Part shown: positions 1 through 10,565 of the stretch, one piece after another
Numbering within the stretch: position 1 is the stretch's first letter
Layout: every line of letters begins with the position of its first letter
Assembly: GCA_973895155.1 (NCBI GenBank)
Contig: OZ316894.1
Coordinates: 1,504,457 to 1,568,456, forward strand
Source of the DNA: Marsupella aquatica
Taxonomy: Eukaryota; Plantae; Marchantiophyta
DNA: 64,000 nt
Reading direction: 5' to 3'
The notes under the pieces: generated by a model
Database searches by the model: none
Told to the model about the DNA's origin: nothing
The model's input: the letters and a program-made list of their open reading frames with translations, nothing else
Translations under genes and position numbers: made by a program

Positions 1-722
1 AAGAACGACGTGCCGAAGTTGCGGTCCGTGATGAGCATGGTGATGGCGCCGGCGAGGACGGGCACGGCCAGCAGCAGCAGGAAGGCGGTGACGAGCATCG
101 ACCACACGAACAGCGGCATCTTGTGCAGCGTCATGCCGGGGGCGCGCATGTTGAAGATGGTGGTGATGAAGTTGATGGCGCCGAGCAGGGAGGAGATGCC
201 GGCGAGGTGGAGCGCGAAGAGCGTGTAGTCCATCGCGGGGCCGGGCTGGTAGGTGCCGTTGGAGAGCGGGGGATACAGCGTCCAGCCGGAGCCGGCGCCG
301 TCACCGGTGAAGAGGCCGGCCATGATGAGGAAGAAGGCCGGGACCAGCAGCCAGAAGCTGATGTTGTTGAGGCGGGGGAACGCCATGTCCGGCGCGCCGA
401 TCATGAGCGGCACGAACCAGTTGCCGAAGCCGCCGATCATGGCGGGCATGACCACGAAGAAGATCATCACCAGCCCGTGGGCGGTGACGATGGCGTTCCA
501 CTGCTGGCCCGAGCCGACATGGGTGTTGCCGGGATACATGAGCTGGTAGCGCATCCAGATCGACAGGGCGCCGCCCACGATGCCCGCCAGGATGGCGAAG
601 ATCAGATAGAGGGTGCCGATGTCCTTGTGGTTGGTGCTCATCAGCCAGCGTTGGACGAAGCCCGGCGCGTGGCCGTGGTCCCCGTGGTGGTCGTGGGCTG
701 GATCGTGGGCGGTCGCACTCAT
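1..722 (-). CDS. ctaD: Cytochrome c oxidase subunit I (aa3 type), N-terminal part; runs off the window start
   Basis: Manual translation from ATG at 722: [39 protein letters not shown]...[27 protein letters not shown]...GWTLYPPLS...[10 protein letters not shown]. Preceded by an aaggag SD; directly downstream of subunit II. Confidence 0.97.
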   Translation of the reverse strand, partial: MSATAHDPAHDHHGDHGHAPGFVQRWLMSTNHKDIGTLYLIFAILAGIVGGALSIWMRYQLMYPGNTHVGSGQQWNAIVTAHGLVMIFFVVMPAMIGGFGNWFVPLMIGAPDMAFPRLNNISFWLLVPAFFLIMAGLFTGDGAGSGWTLYPPLSNGTYQPGPAMDYTLFALHLAGISSLLGAINFITTIFNMRAPGMTLHKMPLFVWSMLVTAFLLLLAVPVLAGAITMLITDRNFGTSF

Positions 723-751
723 GTCAGATCTCCTTCACGCGACGCTTGCGG

Positions 752-1615
752 TCAGCGCTGAACCAGTTGGATCGAGGGGGCCGCGGCCGGGGGCGTGACC
801 GGGGTCGCGTCGGTCGTGGCGAACTTTGTCTTGGCGGTGGTGAGCCAGGCCTGGAAGGCTGCGTCGTCCATGGCGGTGACGGCGATCGGCATCTGCGAGT
901 GGTTGGTGCCGCAGATCTGGTTGCATTCGCCGCGGAAGGTGCCGGCCTTGTCCGCACGGAACCAGGTTTCGATGGTCCGGCCGGGGATGGCGTAACGCTG
1001 CACGCCGAGGCTTGGGATGAAGAAGCTGTGGATCACGTCCGCCGAGGTGGTGAGGATGCGGATGTTCTTGCCGACGGGGACGACGAGCTCGTTGTCCACC
1101 TCGAGCAGGCGGAGCGATTTGTCCTTGAGGTCTTCGGTGGCGATCATGCGGCTGTTGAAGTCGACCTTGGCGGTGTCGCCGTAGTCATACTGCCAATACC
1201 ACTGGTGGCCGGTGACCTTCACGGTCATGTCCGCCTGCTGGGTGCGGTCTTCCTGGTAGATCAGGCGGAAGCTGGGGATCGCGATGACGACGAGGATCAG
1301 CACGGGGATCAGCGTCCAGGCGACTTCGAGCAGGGTGTGGTGGCTGGTGCGGCTGGCGACGGCGTTGCGCTTGGACGAGAAGCGCCAGGACACGTAGAGC
1401 AGCAGGCCGGCCACGAAGACGGTGATGACGGTGATGATGACGAGGACGAGGCGGTCCAGGCTGTGGATGCTCTGTGCCACCGGGCTGGCGGCGGCCTGCA
1501 TGCCGGTCTGCCAGGGGTGGGGCACCTGCGCCGTGGCGGGGGACGCCATCGAGACGATGGAGGCCGTGATCGCCGTGAAAATCGAAGCGGCCGAGAGCCG
1601 CCGGGAGAGTTGCAT
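752..1615 (-). CDS. ctaC: Cytochrome c oxidase subunit II
   Basis: ORF 752..1681 contains LEVAWTLIP, GHQWYWQYDY, DVIHSF and the CuA motif GECNQICGTNHSQMP. Likely start is ATG at 1615 (MQLSRRL, signal-peptide-like). Confidence 0.96.
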   Translation of the reverse strand: MQLSRRLSAASIFTAITASIVSMASPATAQVPHPWQTGMQAAASPVAQSIHSLDRLVLVIITVITVFVAGLLLYVSWRFSSKRNAVASRTSHHTLLEVAWTLIPVLILVVIAIPSFRLIYQEDRTQQADMTVKVTGHQWYWQYDYGDTAKVDFNSRMIATEDLKDKSLRLLEVDNELVVPVGKNIRILTTSADVIHSFFIPSLGVQRYAIPGRTIETWFRADKAGTFRGECNQICGTNHSQMPIAVTAMDDAAFQAWLTTAKTKFATTDATPVTPPAAAPSIQLVQR

Positions 1616-1744
1616 CGCCTGTTCCAATCCGCTGGCCGGGTTGCCGGCTGCGCCCGAAAGGCGCGCCCTGCATTGCAGCAATTGGGCTACAGGAGAGGTT
1701 CGTCCAGATCAAGACCGTTAGAATAATGACGCGCCGGCAATCTG

Positions 1745-1779
1745 GCGGAACCGGGCCGGTCGTTCCGGCCCCGTTCCGC
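1745..1779. terminator. GC-rich stem-loop downstream of gcrA, possible terminator
   Basis: gcggaac-c-gggccgg / tcgtt loop / ccggccc-c-gttccgc inverted repeat ~20 bp after the gcrA stop. No clear U-tract. Confidence 0.5.
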
Positions 1780-1798
1780 GCGGGTCCTGATGAAATCC

Positions 1799-2332
1799 TC
1801 AGGCCGCGGCTTCATCCCTGCGGTCGCGCACCTTCACGTAGGCGAGCTGTGCGTGTTCGGAACAATACGGCTTGTTCGGGGTGGCCTCGGAATCGCAGAA
1901 CCGGAAGCTTTTGGTGCCGGGCTCGCCGATCGGCCAGCAGCAGGCGGCGTTGCGCGAGCGCGCCATCGGCACCTGGCGGAGGACCGGCCGCGGTGGCTCG
2001 ACCGCCACGGGGGGGCGGGTGACGGAGACCGACTCAAGGGAGACCTGCGCCACGGAGGAGGCCGGCGCCCCGGAAACCTGGGCCTCGCGGACCGGCTCGC
2101 AGGCCGGCAGCGGCGGCAGGGTGGGACCGGTGACGCGGCGCGGGGCCGGGGGGCGAGCGGCGGCCGTTGCGTCCCTGCGGATGGGGGACGGGCGCGCGGG
2201 GAGGTTCAGGCGATGCGCCTTGCCGACCACGGCGTTCTTGGAGACGGACATGCGGCGGCCGATCTCGGCGGTGGAATGACCCTCGTCCCACAGCGCGCGG
2301 AGCCGGGCGATCGCCTCGTCGTTCCAGTCCAT
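1799..2332 (-). CDS. gcrA: GcrA family cell-cycle regulator
   Basis: MDWNDEAIARLRALWDEGHSTAEIGRRMSVSKNAVVGKAHRL N-terminus and CCWPIGEP...FRFC...PYCSEH C-terminus; aggagg SD. Confidence 0.95.
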   Translation of the reverse strand: MDWNDEAIARLRALWDEGHSTAEIGRRMSVSKNAVVGKAHRLNLPARPSPIRRDATAAARPPAPRRVTGPTLPPLPACEPVREAQVSGAPASSVAQVSLESVSVTRPPVAVEPPRPVLRQVPMARSRNAACCWPIGEPGTKSFRFCDSEATPNKPYCSEHAQLAYVKVRDRRDEAAA

Positions 2333-2471
2333 ATCTTGGCCTCCTTCGGCATTCTGCTACCAGATAGAGTAGCATTTCCGACAAGGCAGGCTCAACAACG
2401 GCGAGGGTCTCGCGAGCCCTGAAAGCCCAAAAACTTGTGGACAACTGCCCGCGAGGCCCAAGATATGGGGG

Positions 2472-3428
2472 TCAGGGGAACAAAAGACCCTTCTTCAGCA
2501 TGCCGTGGACGCCCTTTTCGCCGTTCACCGTCTGCGTCACGCGGAAATCCACCGCCAGCGAGCAGAACTGGTAGGCCTCCTCACGCGAGAGGTTGGAGCG
2601 CGCGCAGATGAAGGCGATCATCTGGCGCAGCGCCGTCTTCATGGCGATGTCGAGATCGGCGTCCATGCCCATCGAGATGTAGTGGGTGGGGGTTTCGCCA
2701 CGCGGGTAGGACAGCGCGGGGGTGTCGCCCTGCTGCTTGTGCAGGGTGAGCCTGAAGGTGCCGGTGAGGCAGATCTCGAGCGCGTTGATGCAGACCTCGC
2801 CGTCTCCCTGCACGCCGTGGCCGTCTCCGGCGGAGAACATGGCGCCGGGGGCGAGCACAGGCAGGAAGAGGGTGGCGCCCTCGCCGAGCTCCTTGTTGTC
2901 GAGGTTGCCGCCGTGCTCGCGCGGCTGGACGGTGGAGATGGTGCCGTAGGAGGGCTTCGACGCCACGCCCATCACGCCGAAGAACGGGGACAGGGGGATT
3001 TCCAGGCCGTAGGGCATGCGGCCGATCTTGCGCTCGCGGTCCACGGTGATGTGGCTGATGAACCTTTCGGGAAAGTCTTCCGGGATGGTGCCCGCGAGGG
3101 GACGGAAGCCGCAGAAGCCCCAGTCGGCGCCGAACTCGATCTTTTCGATGTGGACCTCGAGCATGTCGCCGGGCATCGCACCTTCGACGGCGACGGGGCC
3201 GGTGATGATGTGGCCGCCGGCGCGCGGCAGGTCCGACGCGTGGATGGCGGACAGCGCCGGGGGGATCTTCAGGCCGAGGGAGGCGGGGGGAAGCGTGTCC
3301 GGGCCGCCAGAGACGCATTCCAGAACGACGCTGTCGCCGGACTTGATGGTGACCACCGGGGGGTAGCTGGGATCAAAGGTGCCCCAGCGGCAGGTGGCGG
3401 GCGTGGCGGCGACGTGATGGACGGACAT
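2472..3428 (-). CDS. Acetamidase/formamidase family protein
   Basis: HIITGPVAVEGAMPGDMLEV, HGGNLDNKEL and FSAGDGHGVQGDGEVC motifs; 318 aa. Confidence 0.92.
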   Translation of the reverse strand: MSVHHVAATPATCRWGTFDPSYPPVVTIKSGDSVVLECVSGGPDTLPPASLGLKIPPALSAIHASDLPRAGGHIITGPVAVEGAMPGDMLEVHIEKIEFGADWGFCGFRPLAGTIPEDFPERFISHITVDRERKIGRMPYGLEIPLSPFFGVMGVASKPSYGTISTVQPREHGGNLDNKELGEGATLFLPVLAPGAMFSAGDGHGVQGDGEVCINALEICLTGTFRLTLHKQQGDTPALSYPRGETPTHYISMGMDADLDIAMKTALRQMIAFICARSNLSREEAYQFCSLAVDFRVTQTVNGEKGVHGMLKKGLLFP

Positions 3429-3437
3429 GCGAATTCC

Positions 3438-3755
3438 TCAGGCGCTGATGACGAAGAGCAGGATGACGCAGATGAAGCCGACGCCCCAGACGATCGAGCG
3501 CAGGCTGGCGCGGTCGGTGACGTAGCAGGCGGTGTAGCCGATGCGGGCGAGCACCCAAAGGCCGGCGAGCCAGTTGACACGGCCTGGGGGCGCGTGGGCG
3601 ATGGTGGCGACCAGGACGGCGGCGGCGAAGGGAGGCAGCGCCTCGAGGTGGTTGCGGTGCGCCCAGTCCGCGCGCCTGCGCCAGCCGGTCAGGCGTTCCT
3701 GCCAGAGGCGGGGGTTGTTGTTGTCCAGGCCGGAGACGCCCCATTTGGCGAGGCC
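3438..3755 (-). CDS. MAPEG family membrane protein, 5'-truncated at the bacterial/eukaryote junction
   Basis: Manual translation ...GLAKWGVSGLDNNNPRLWQERLTGWRRRADWAHRNHLEALPPFAAAVLVA...LARIGYTACYVTDRASLRSIVW...VISA*. The start codon and first TM helix are missing. Confidence 0.85.
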   Translation of the reverse strand, partial: GLAKWGVSGLDNNNPRLWQERLTGWRRRADWAHRNHLEALPPFAAAVLVATIAHAPPGRVNWLAGLWVLARIGYTACYVTDRASLRSIVWGVGFICVILLFVISA

Positions 3756-6700
3756 TCAAGGACCAAATAATCAAAGCCTTGCCCTTCATCAACAATGCTA
3801 TCTTGTTCTTGGAAGAAAATGTTACATGTGTTTGGATACCCCACAGAAATGTACTTAATACAAAGAAAATGTCCTTATACTTTTGTGCATTTTTATGGAG
3901 TACAATTTTTTCTTTAAATACTTCAAGCTTCAAACTTTTTCACGAATTAAATATCTCCCCACCTCTGGGAGAAAGGGAGGAAAGTAGATTCCAGACAGGA
4001 CAGTCTGAAAAACTCTACATGAGACAAAATGCCCGGGGCAGCAGTGCTATCTGTTGAAATTGGGCATGAACACATGTTTTGGGTGTAAGAGGTATGCCAG
4101 AAAAAAATAAGAATTGCTACCCGCAAAATTCTGAAAGCAAGTAAAACGAAGTTTTGGCAATGAAAATCGAGAACCAAGTTACCACTAGGGTATGTAGAGT
4201 CCTCTGTTCAGAGCTATGCATGTGCCCCAAAGGTCGGTGATTACCCCAGAAAATGTGGAGAAAGCCAATTAGTGAAAAAAATGGGCAGGCCAACAGTGAG
4301 TGCTAAAGGAATAACATCATGAGCTCCAAGGCTGTCATCATGGTCATATCCATCACAGGAATAGAGGAGTGGTGCAATTGCCAATAAAGTGTCATTTTGT
4401 TTTTTGAACCCATAACTAAGACCCAGCCTAGTCTCAAAGTAATCCTTCCTCACCAGAAGGCAATGAACAGCCAGAGTAGCGCTGATAAGCCACCAGTAGC
4501 CGGCCCATGGACTCTAATCATGGGCACATTATGGACCCATGAGAGGAAATGAATTAAAGCGACATGCAATGCTTTTCCTCCTGCAATTCCCAGTGGTGGC
4601 CAGCTACAGCTAAGGCTATTGGCCTAGTGATGAAGTTTGGCTCAGGTTCAAACTGATCCATTTCCCATTGTTCTTGCAAAGACTAAGAGCATCCGCACCC
4701 ATCCCCAATTTCCCCTGCAGCTGAATTGGAGCCATTAAATGTTGGGGCGTCACTTTGGAAAACTCTCATATCTCACTTAAGATGGTTCATAATTGATATT
4801 CATTCAATTTTGAGGAATAAGTACAATGAATGTATCAAAAATGCCGCATGTCATTACTTTAAAGTTTATAAGGTACCTTGGACTGTCGCATTATGGGATG
4901 CATTCTGATAGTGAGACAGGGGGGGGGGGAGGGCGCTTTGTGAGGTTTTGCATGCAGAAGCTTGAAGAACGCAGGGCTGAATGGCAGCCAGCAGCCCAAC
5001 CCATCCCTACTTTGGAAGGTGTGACGTTCCTGGCCTGCATCAGCCCTTCAAAAGTTTCCAAGCAGCCAGGAAACCAGTGTTAATGCTTTAAAGCAAACAA
5101 GGATTGTGGCAAATGAGAGGATTTTGACTCATAGCTCCCAAATGCATGTATGACTAGGAAATAGAATTGGAGCCCATGAATATGAAAACCTAAACACAAA
5201 GAATTGCACAAGGAAACCTTTTTGTTGTTGGGGGGAGGGACGCCTCCCTGCCTAAGACAAGAAGCCACATGAATTGCACAAACAAAACTTAAAGTAGGAA
5301 ACGAATATGCAGTCATGCAGAAAGCTAAAGCCAGATGAGACTGATTCCCCCATAATTGGACAAGATGGCAATAGCAGGAGGACATGATATGACCAAAGAT
5401 CTCAACACTCATTCAATCACTTCTTACCTTCATAAATGCTCCTATAGATGGCTCCAAACCGTGCATGGGTAACATCTTTCTAGGGCCTGAATTTTAAAAA
5501 TTAGTTTTGGTCAAGCTTAACCTCATGGTTGGACGTTGCTACCATGCTATTAGCAGTTGAAATGTGACCTCAATGCTTGACCCCTGCCCACATTTTTCTG
5601 ACAAAAAGGTGAGTGAGCCTCCATCTTCTCAGATGATTGACCCTAGTTGACACACTCTCTCTATCTGATCTGCATGTGGAGCGAACTGAAGCCTTCAGGT
5701 CCATGTGGTGGTGATTATGAAATTTCTGCAAAGGTGGGTGGTCTATGTGCCCATTTGCTCCTAAAATGATTGCAATATGGCTAGCCAGCCAGCTGCCCAC
5801 CCGCCTGCCCATGATTGCAAGTCAAGAGCTCATCATATTGTACTTCCACTTGCCAGTCAGGGCCTTTTCTTCTTTGGCCTATATTTTTGCTCCTCCGTTG
5901 CTTAAATTTGGTGGGCTCCCCCTCAAGAACAGGCCATGTGGACCACGAGGGTTTGAGCTCGTGCCAAAGCCTAATCCCCATGCACAATTCTTGAAGTGTG
6001 TACTTAGCACTCAAAGGGCTCCAAGCTAGTCCCAAACCTGAACCACTGGGCTAAGTGCCTCGTGTGTGTACTTTGCCAGCCAGCACAAGCATTTCAATAT
6101 CAAAGGAAAGCATGTGTGAGATTTAAAGCTTCCCCTTGTTGGCAATGACTTATATCTAGATTCCCTTACATTGAATCTAATCCACCAAGTCTAGAGCAGA
6201 AACGGTTCAGGTTGAAAGATTCCTCTTGAATTGAAAATTTGTTCGCCATTGTCAATCTCAAACATACAGATGCCATGTGCACTACATGAGCCCAAACAAC
6301 ATGTGCACCACTAGTTTTGTTTTGGATTGAGAAGATCAAAAACAAAATTAGACTTCATTTGTGTGGCCCTTTCCCCTTAAAAGAATGGTTTCCTATCCTA
6401 CTTCCAAAGAGTTGACAACTATATAATCACACTTCATCTGCTCTTTGGCTCTCCAGTGGTTGAATTGTCCCATTTCTGAAGGATTGGCCCTATTGGTGCA
6501 TTTACCCTCGTGCCCCCTGCGCACTAAAATTGGTTCATTGTTCCACATGGACTCAAATGTAGCAATCATCTGTGGTTATATGGTGCCATTCTTTAGAAAT
6601 GACAAAGACAGGAGCATCCAGTCTGCATCCGTAAACATGTATTCACAAAGAATATGATGTTATGTAGGGTAACCCGAGGGCGGTGAGTCGGAAGGGATTA

Positions 6701-9587
6701 CAGCTCATTATCCTCAAGTGGAGATGAGCTACAAGGCATAAGCCCCAACTGAATTTTTGAAACATTCACCTCCTTGTTAAAGTGTAAAATTGCTCTTTGC
6801 CGCTGTTTTGCACTTGCACCTTACCTGTATTGCCATTCAAATTTGAGAGTCCCAGGCGGGGCTGGCACAGGGGTTCCGTGACTCAGCCTCAAGGTAATGC
6901 CTCGTAACCTTCGATAGAAGAACAAAGAAAAATACAATATGGGTTTACGATTTGGGGATGAAGACATGTCTCATGTAAATTTCCCCACCATCAAATGCAT
7001 GTGAGGGCCCATCAGATATAAGTTACAAACATCTCTGATTATCCATTGTATTTGCCTAAGGTAAGTAACGGCCATCCAATACACTGTGTGGGATTGTACT
7101 GTAGTGGCCCCGTTGACACAAAAAGATTGAAATTATTAAACCTCAGGCACAATAGTTTAGAGTTGGTGGAACCGCAAAAGAATTCAGAGGTGTAAAATGA
7201 TAAGAGTATTCCAAGCATCTTGATGTAAAGACTGCCTTTTCAGAGTGTACGTTGTTTTCAAAATTTAAAGACCAAAACAGGAGAATAATATTTGTGGTTG
7301 TTGCTTTCCTGGAATAAAAATAACTACGCACAGGTCTAGCCCAAGAGGGGCCTAGGGTACCTCACTTGTCAAATGATTAATGAAGCTTCCCATTCCACCA
7401 AATGCAAATCCAGGCCATTCTATTTTTGCCAAATGCAAAACCAGGCTTGAGTGATATGAAGATTGGGAACCTTTTTGCATTGGGAAGCAAAAATGACATT
7501 CATAAAATAGATAGAATACAGTCTGAAGAGAACCTTTTGGGATCAGAGCTTAAGCAATGTCTCTGGTGCTTGCTGAGGAAGGAGTATCATACTCTTTGAC
7601 TACGTTTTTTTTCTCCCCAATTGTGCTCAGCCAGTGCCTCAATACAGTATGGTATGGTCTGGCAGGTCGGTCGACAAGTTATTCGATCCTCGCCTGCAAG
7701 AGAAATAGAGAGACGCGTGCACCTTCAGAGCACATGGCATGATTGTACCCAGGCCGGATTCAGTTTATAGACGAACGTGTTGTCTCTGATTCATGAAATC
7801 GTCAGGATGAGAAGGAAAGCCCAGAAACGAGCAGAATTGGAAAGTGCAGGCTGAGATTGTCGTCGTCGGGTACCTAGGAATCTCTCGTCTCTTCACCGCG
7901 TGTTGTAGCAGGCGAACACGGTACAATAATAACTCCGACATCCTCACGTCGCTATGCTGCACGGCGTACCAGCAGAACCATATGGTGCTGGCTGCATTCG
8001 GTTTCTGTATTCTGAACGCATGTCGTGTGTGCTCGAGAGGGGTCTGTTTGTATGACTTTCTCCACGCGCAGCCGCGGCTCTCCCTTGTGAGGGAGAGCCA
8101 CCGTGACTCTTCAGGAAAAGTAAACTAAAATATGACGATTCAGAAGGGAGTATGTCAGCGGCATGTGTTGATACAAGTCATCATCAGCTTCCTCACCTTT
8201 CAGTACCAGTTGAGAGTGGCAGTACCGAAACAGAGTACAGCGGCTCACATGCTGGGAATCTTCTGTTAATAAGGTGAGTCTGCAGGCTGCAAAATGGAAA
8301 CTCGTTATTGTGATCAATGGATGCTATCCAGATGGAGAACTCGACAAGCTCTGAAATGTACAGAGGGAAAGCTACTGTAGAAAGGGGGAAACACAAACCC
8401 TTTTCCGAAAGTAAGGCTCTCTCGTAAGATCCCTTTCTTGTATAGAGAACCGGAAAACCCTCAGAATGTTCTCTAAAGATGGAAAGGCTCCCTACCCACG
8501 GTATAAAGAAATAGGCCTGTCATATGGGCATAGATCCGCGTACTTGAGATTCCAGCTTTTAATTGAAGTTATCGAAGGTGCCTGTTGGTAGATTTGTCTA
8601 CAGTGATAAAAGCGATACTGAGGACAGGTATCGACGAGTGCCAAAGAAGCAATTGAGAGGGCCTAAATATTTGCCAAAGGGAGAGTGAGTGTTAATCTGA
8701 GGATGAGAGTTTCAGCTGCCCAGCCAACTTGCTAGAAAACAAGTCACAAAATGTTAAAAAAATGGAGCCACTAAAGGGGACTTTATTGGACGTAATTAAT
8801 GTCGTCGGGATCAATGAAACAAGAAGCAAACGAGGTATACATAGATCCAGAGGGAAATCCGGATTTGCAAAGGGAAACTGAAACTCGGTTTAGAGACTGC
8901 GACGTAATCCCAGGAGTGAGAATCACTAGTACCGAGATCTATGAACATAGTTCGGTGCAAATCAAACCAACACAGAATACATATCCCACATGTCTCACGA
9001 GGTGTACTGAGTCATTGAAAAGTTGACAAGGAGTACCGCAAAGATTTTCCATTCCATTCTCCCTACCAGTTGCAGGTATTGAGAAACATTTCTTCCGGGA
9101 GTGGCACTTTCTCCAACCCATCAAATGAATGACAATTCTAACAACATGATTGCTCGATGGAAAGGGGCCAATATGGGTGATACTTCACAATGAGAGTCGG
9201 ACGAATGCTCGATGTTGCTGAACAAAAAAAATTATGTTACAAAGTTGTGCAACACATCTGAACGATGGGCACGATCGAAGCAAAAGGTCGGTAGCCCTGA
9301 TCATGGATTTCATCGACATAATGTATTTCCAGACCTCGAATAAAATGTGCTTGGAACCCTACTCGAGAAAACTGGAGATTCACAGAGGCTAGTCCGTCTG
9401 GAAAAATTTGAGTGCACTCACCGTGCAAACTACTTCACATTGTATTCCACCCTGGGCTGCGCGTGTTCGGCATATTGATTCGAGGAAATCGATAGAAATA
9501 TCCACAGAGGGTGCGTGTGTACTCAGGGCTGGGTAGAAGATATCTGCAGAGGTACTCATTTGATACACTGACTAGCCTCGTGAGATC

Positions 9588-9715
9588 TTCTCCGTAAGCA
9601 TTGACCACTAATCTAATCTTGCTTACGACTCTATGCCAACCGCATTGGCAATTCTCCGTAAGCATTGACCACTTATCTAGTCATGCCTACGACTCTATGC
9701 CAACCGCATTGGCAA
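9588..9715. repeat. 64-bp tandem duplication spanning the bHLH stop codon and 3' UTR
   Basis: ttctccgtaagcattgaccact...acgactctatgccaaccgcattggcaa at 9588 and 9652. Confidence 0.85.
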
Positions 9716-10565
9716 CTGACTGTAATGCCTGGACTTGCAGTTTCAAGAATACGACGAAATCGGCAGCTTCGTCGAGCAGTACATCCGCATCCATGTTGGA
9801 GCCGCCAGGCAGAAGCCTTTGCAAAGCTGCGAGCCCATTCGCGAACCTCTGCTCTGGTTCAACCACGCATTCCACCGGCCTGGTAGGGAAAATCGACAGC
9901 CTTCTGCGGCTTCTGGCCAAGGACTTGACCTTCCGCACGACGGCTCTGGGCTTCAAAGATCTTCTCAACAGACGTCTTCTGCTTTTGCACTTACTAGAAA
10001 GTGACCTCAGAATCGCGAGCCGACCTGCATCACGAGAGAGTCTTTGACTTCTACTCCAATTCCTCGCAGCTGCTCTTCCTGCGAGTCGTTGCAACACTGA
10101 CGTTGATCTCCCAGGCAAACCGTTCCTTTGGCTGAGCGGATCAGCACGAAGTTTCCTTTCCCAGCTCACAGTTTCGAAAGAAGCACTGGGCTCACAGAGA
10201 TAGTTGCTGTCAAGATCGGGAGATTGCTCGCGAGATGAGATCGATGCCTCCGAGGAAGACAGACCTGTTTCCGACCTCAAAAATTCATCCTCATTCGAAG
10301 AAAAATCGTTCCTGTCGGAAACTTCCACGAGCATCTTGCTGAGTGCGTCGCTCCAGTTCGCTCCGCTGGCAACAAGCGCGAGCGAAGCATCCGCGGCAAA
10401 TTTGATGGCTCGATACCGATCAGCCACTCCTGATATAGTAGATTCGTTCACCTTCTGGTATGCGGGTAGAAATGACTCCAAATATGACACAGCATACGAA
10501 GACGAAGCATCGCCCACGCAGGTTTCCAAAGGTATGCCACTAGTATCAGAATCGACAAGATCCAT
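9687..10565 (-). CDS. Atypical (probably non-DNA-binding) bHLH protein, IBH1/AIF-like, intronless
   Basis: RYRAIKFAADASLALVASGANWSDAL resembles the IBH1/AIF N-terminal motif. C-terminal HLH is LQRLLPGGSNMDADVLLDEAADFVVFLKLQVQAL. First ATG at 10565 (the ORF track start at 10625 is GTG). A GA/CT-rich tract lies upstream at ~11375-11420. Confidence 0.85.
   Translation of the reverse strand: MDLVDSDTSGIPLETCVGDASSSYAVSYLESFLPAYQKVNESTISGVADRYRAIKFAADASLALVASGANWSDALSKMLVEVSDRNDFSSNEDEFLRSETGLSSSEASISSREQSPDLDSNYLCEPSASFETVSWERKLRADPLSQRNGLPGRSTSVLQRLAGRAAARNWSRSQRLSRDAGRLAILRSLSSKCKSRRRLLRRSLKPRAVVRKVKSLARSRRRLSIFPTRPVECVVEPEQRFANGLAALQRLLPGGSNMDADVLLDEAADFVVFLKLQVQALQSVANAVGIES

Larger units (their letters stand above)
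1..3755. other. Alphaproteobacterial (Acetobacteraceae-like) DNA segment abutting eukaryotic DNA
   Basis: Very GC-rich, gene-dense and intron-free, with Shine-Dalgarno sites (aaggag before coxA, aggagg before gcrA). Composition switches abruptly to AT-rich at ~3756, inside a gene. Confidence 0.93.

Noticed and set aside
123-3770. Long plus-strand ORFs (123..761, 746..1726, 1790..2422, 2505..3770)
   Set aside because: Antisense shadows of high-GC bacterial genes on the minus strand; no recognisable motifs.
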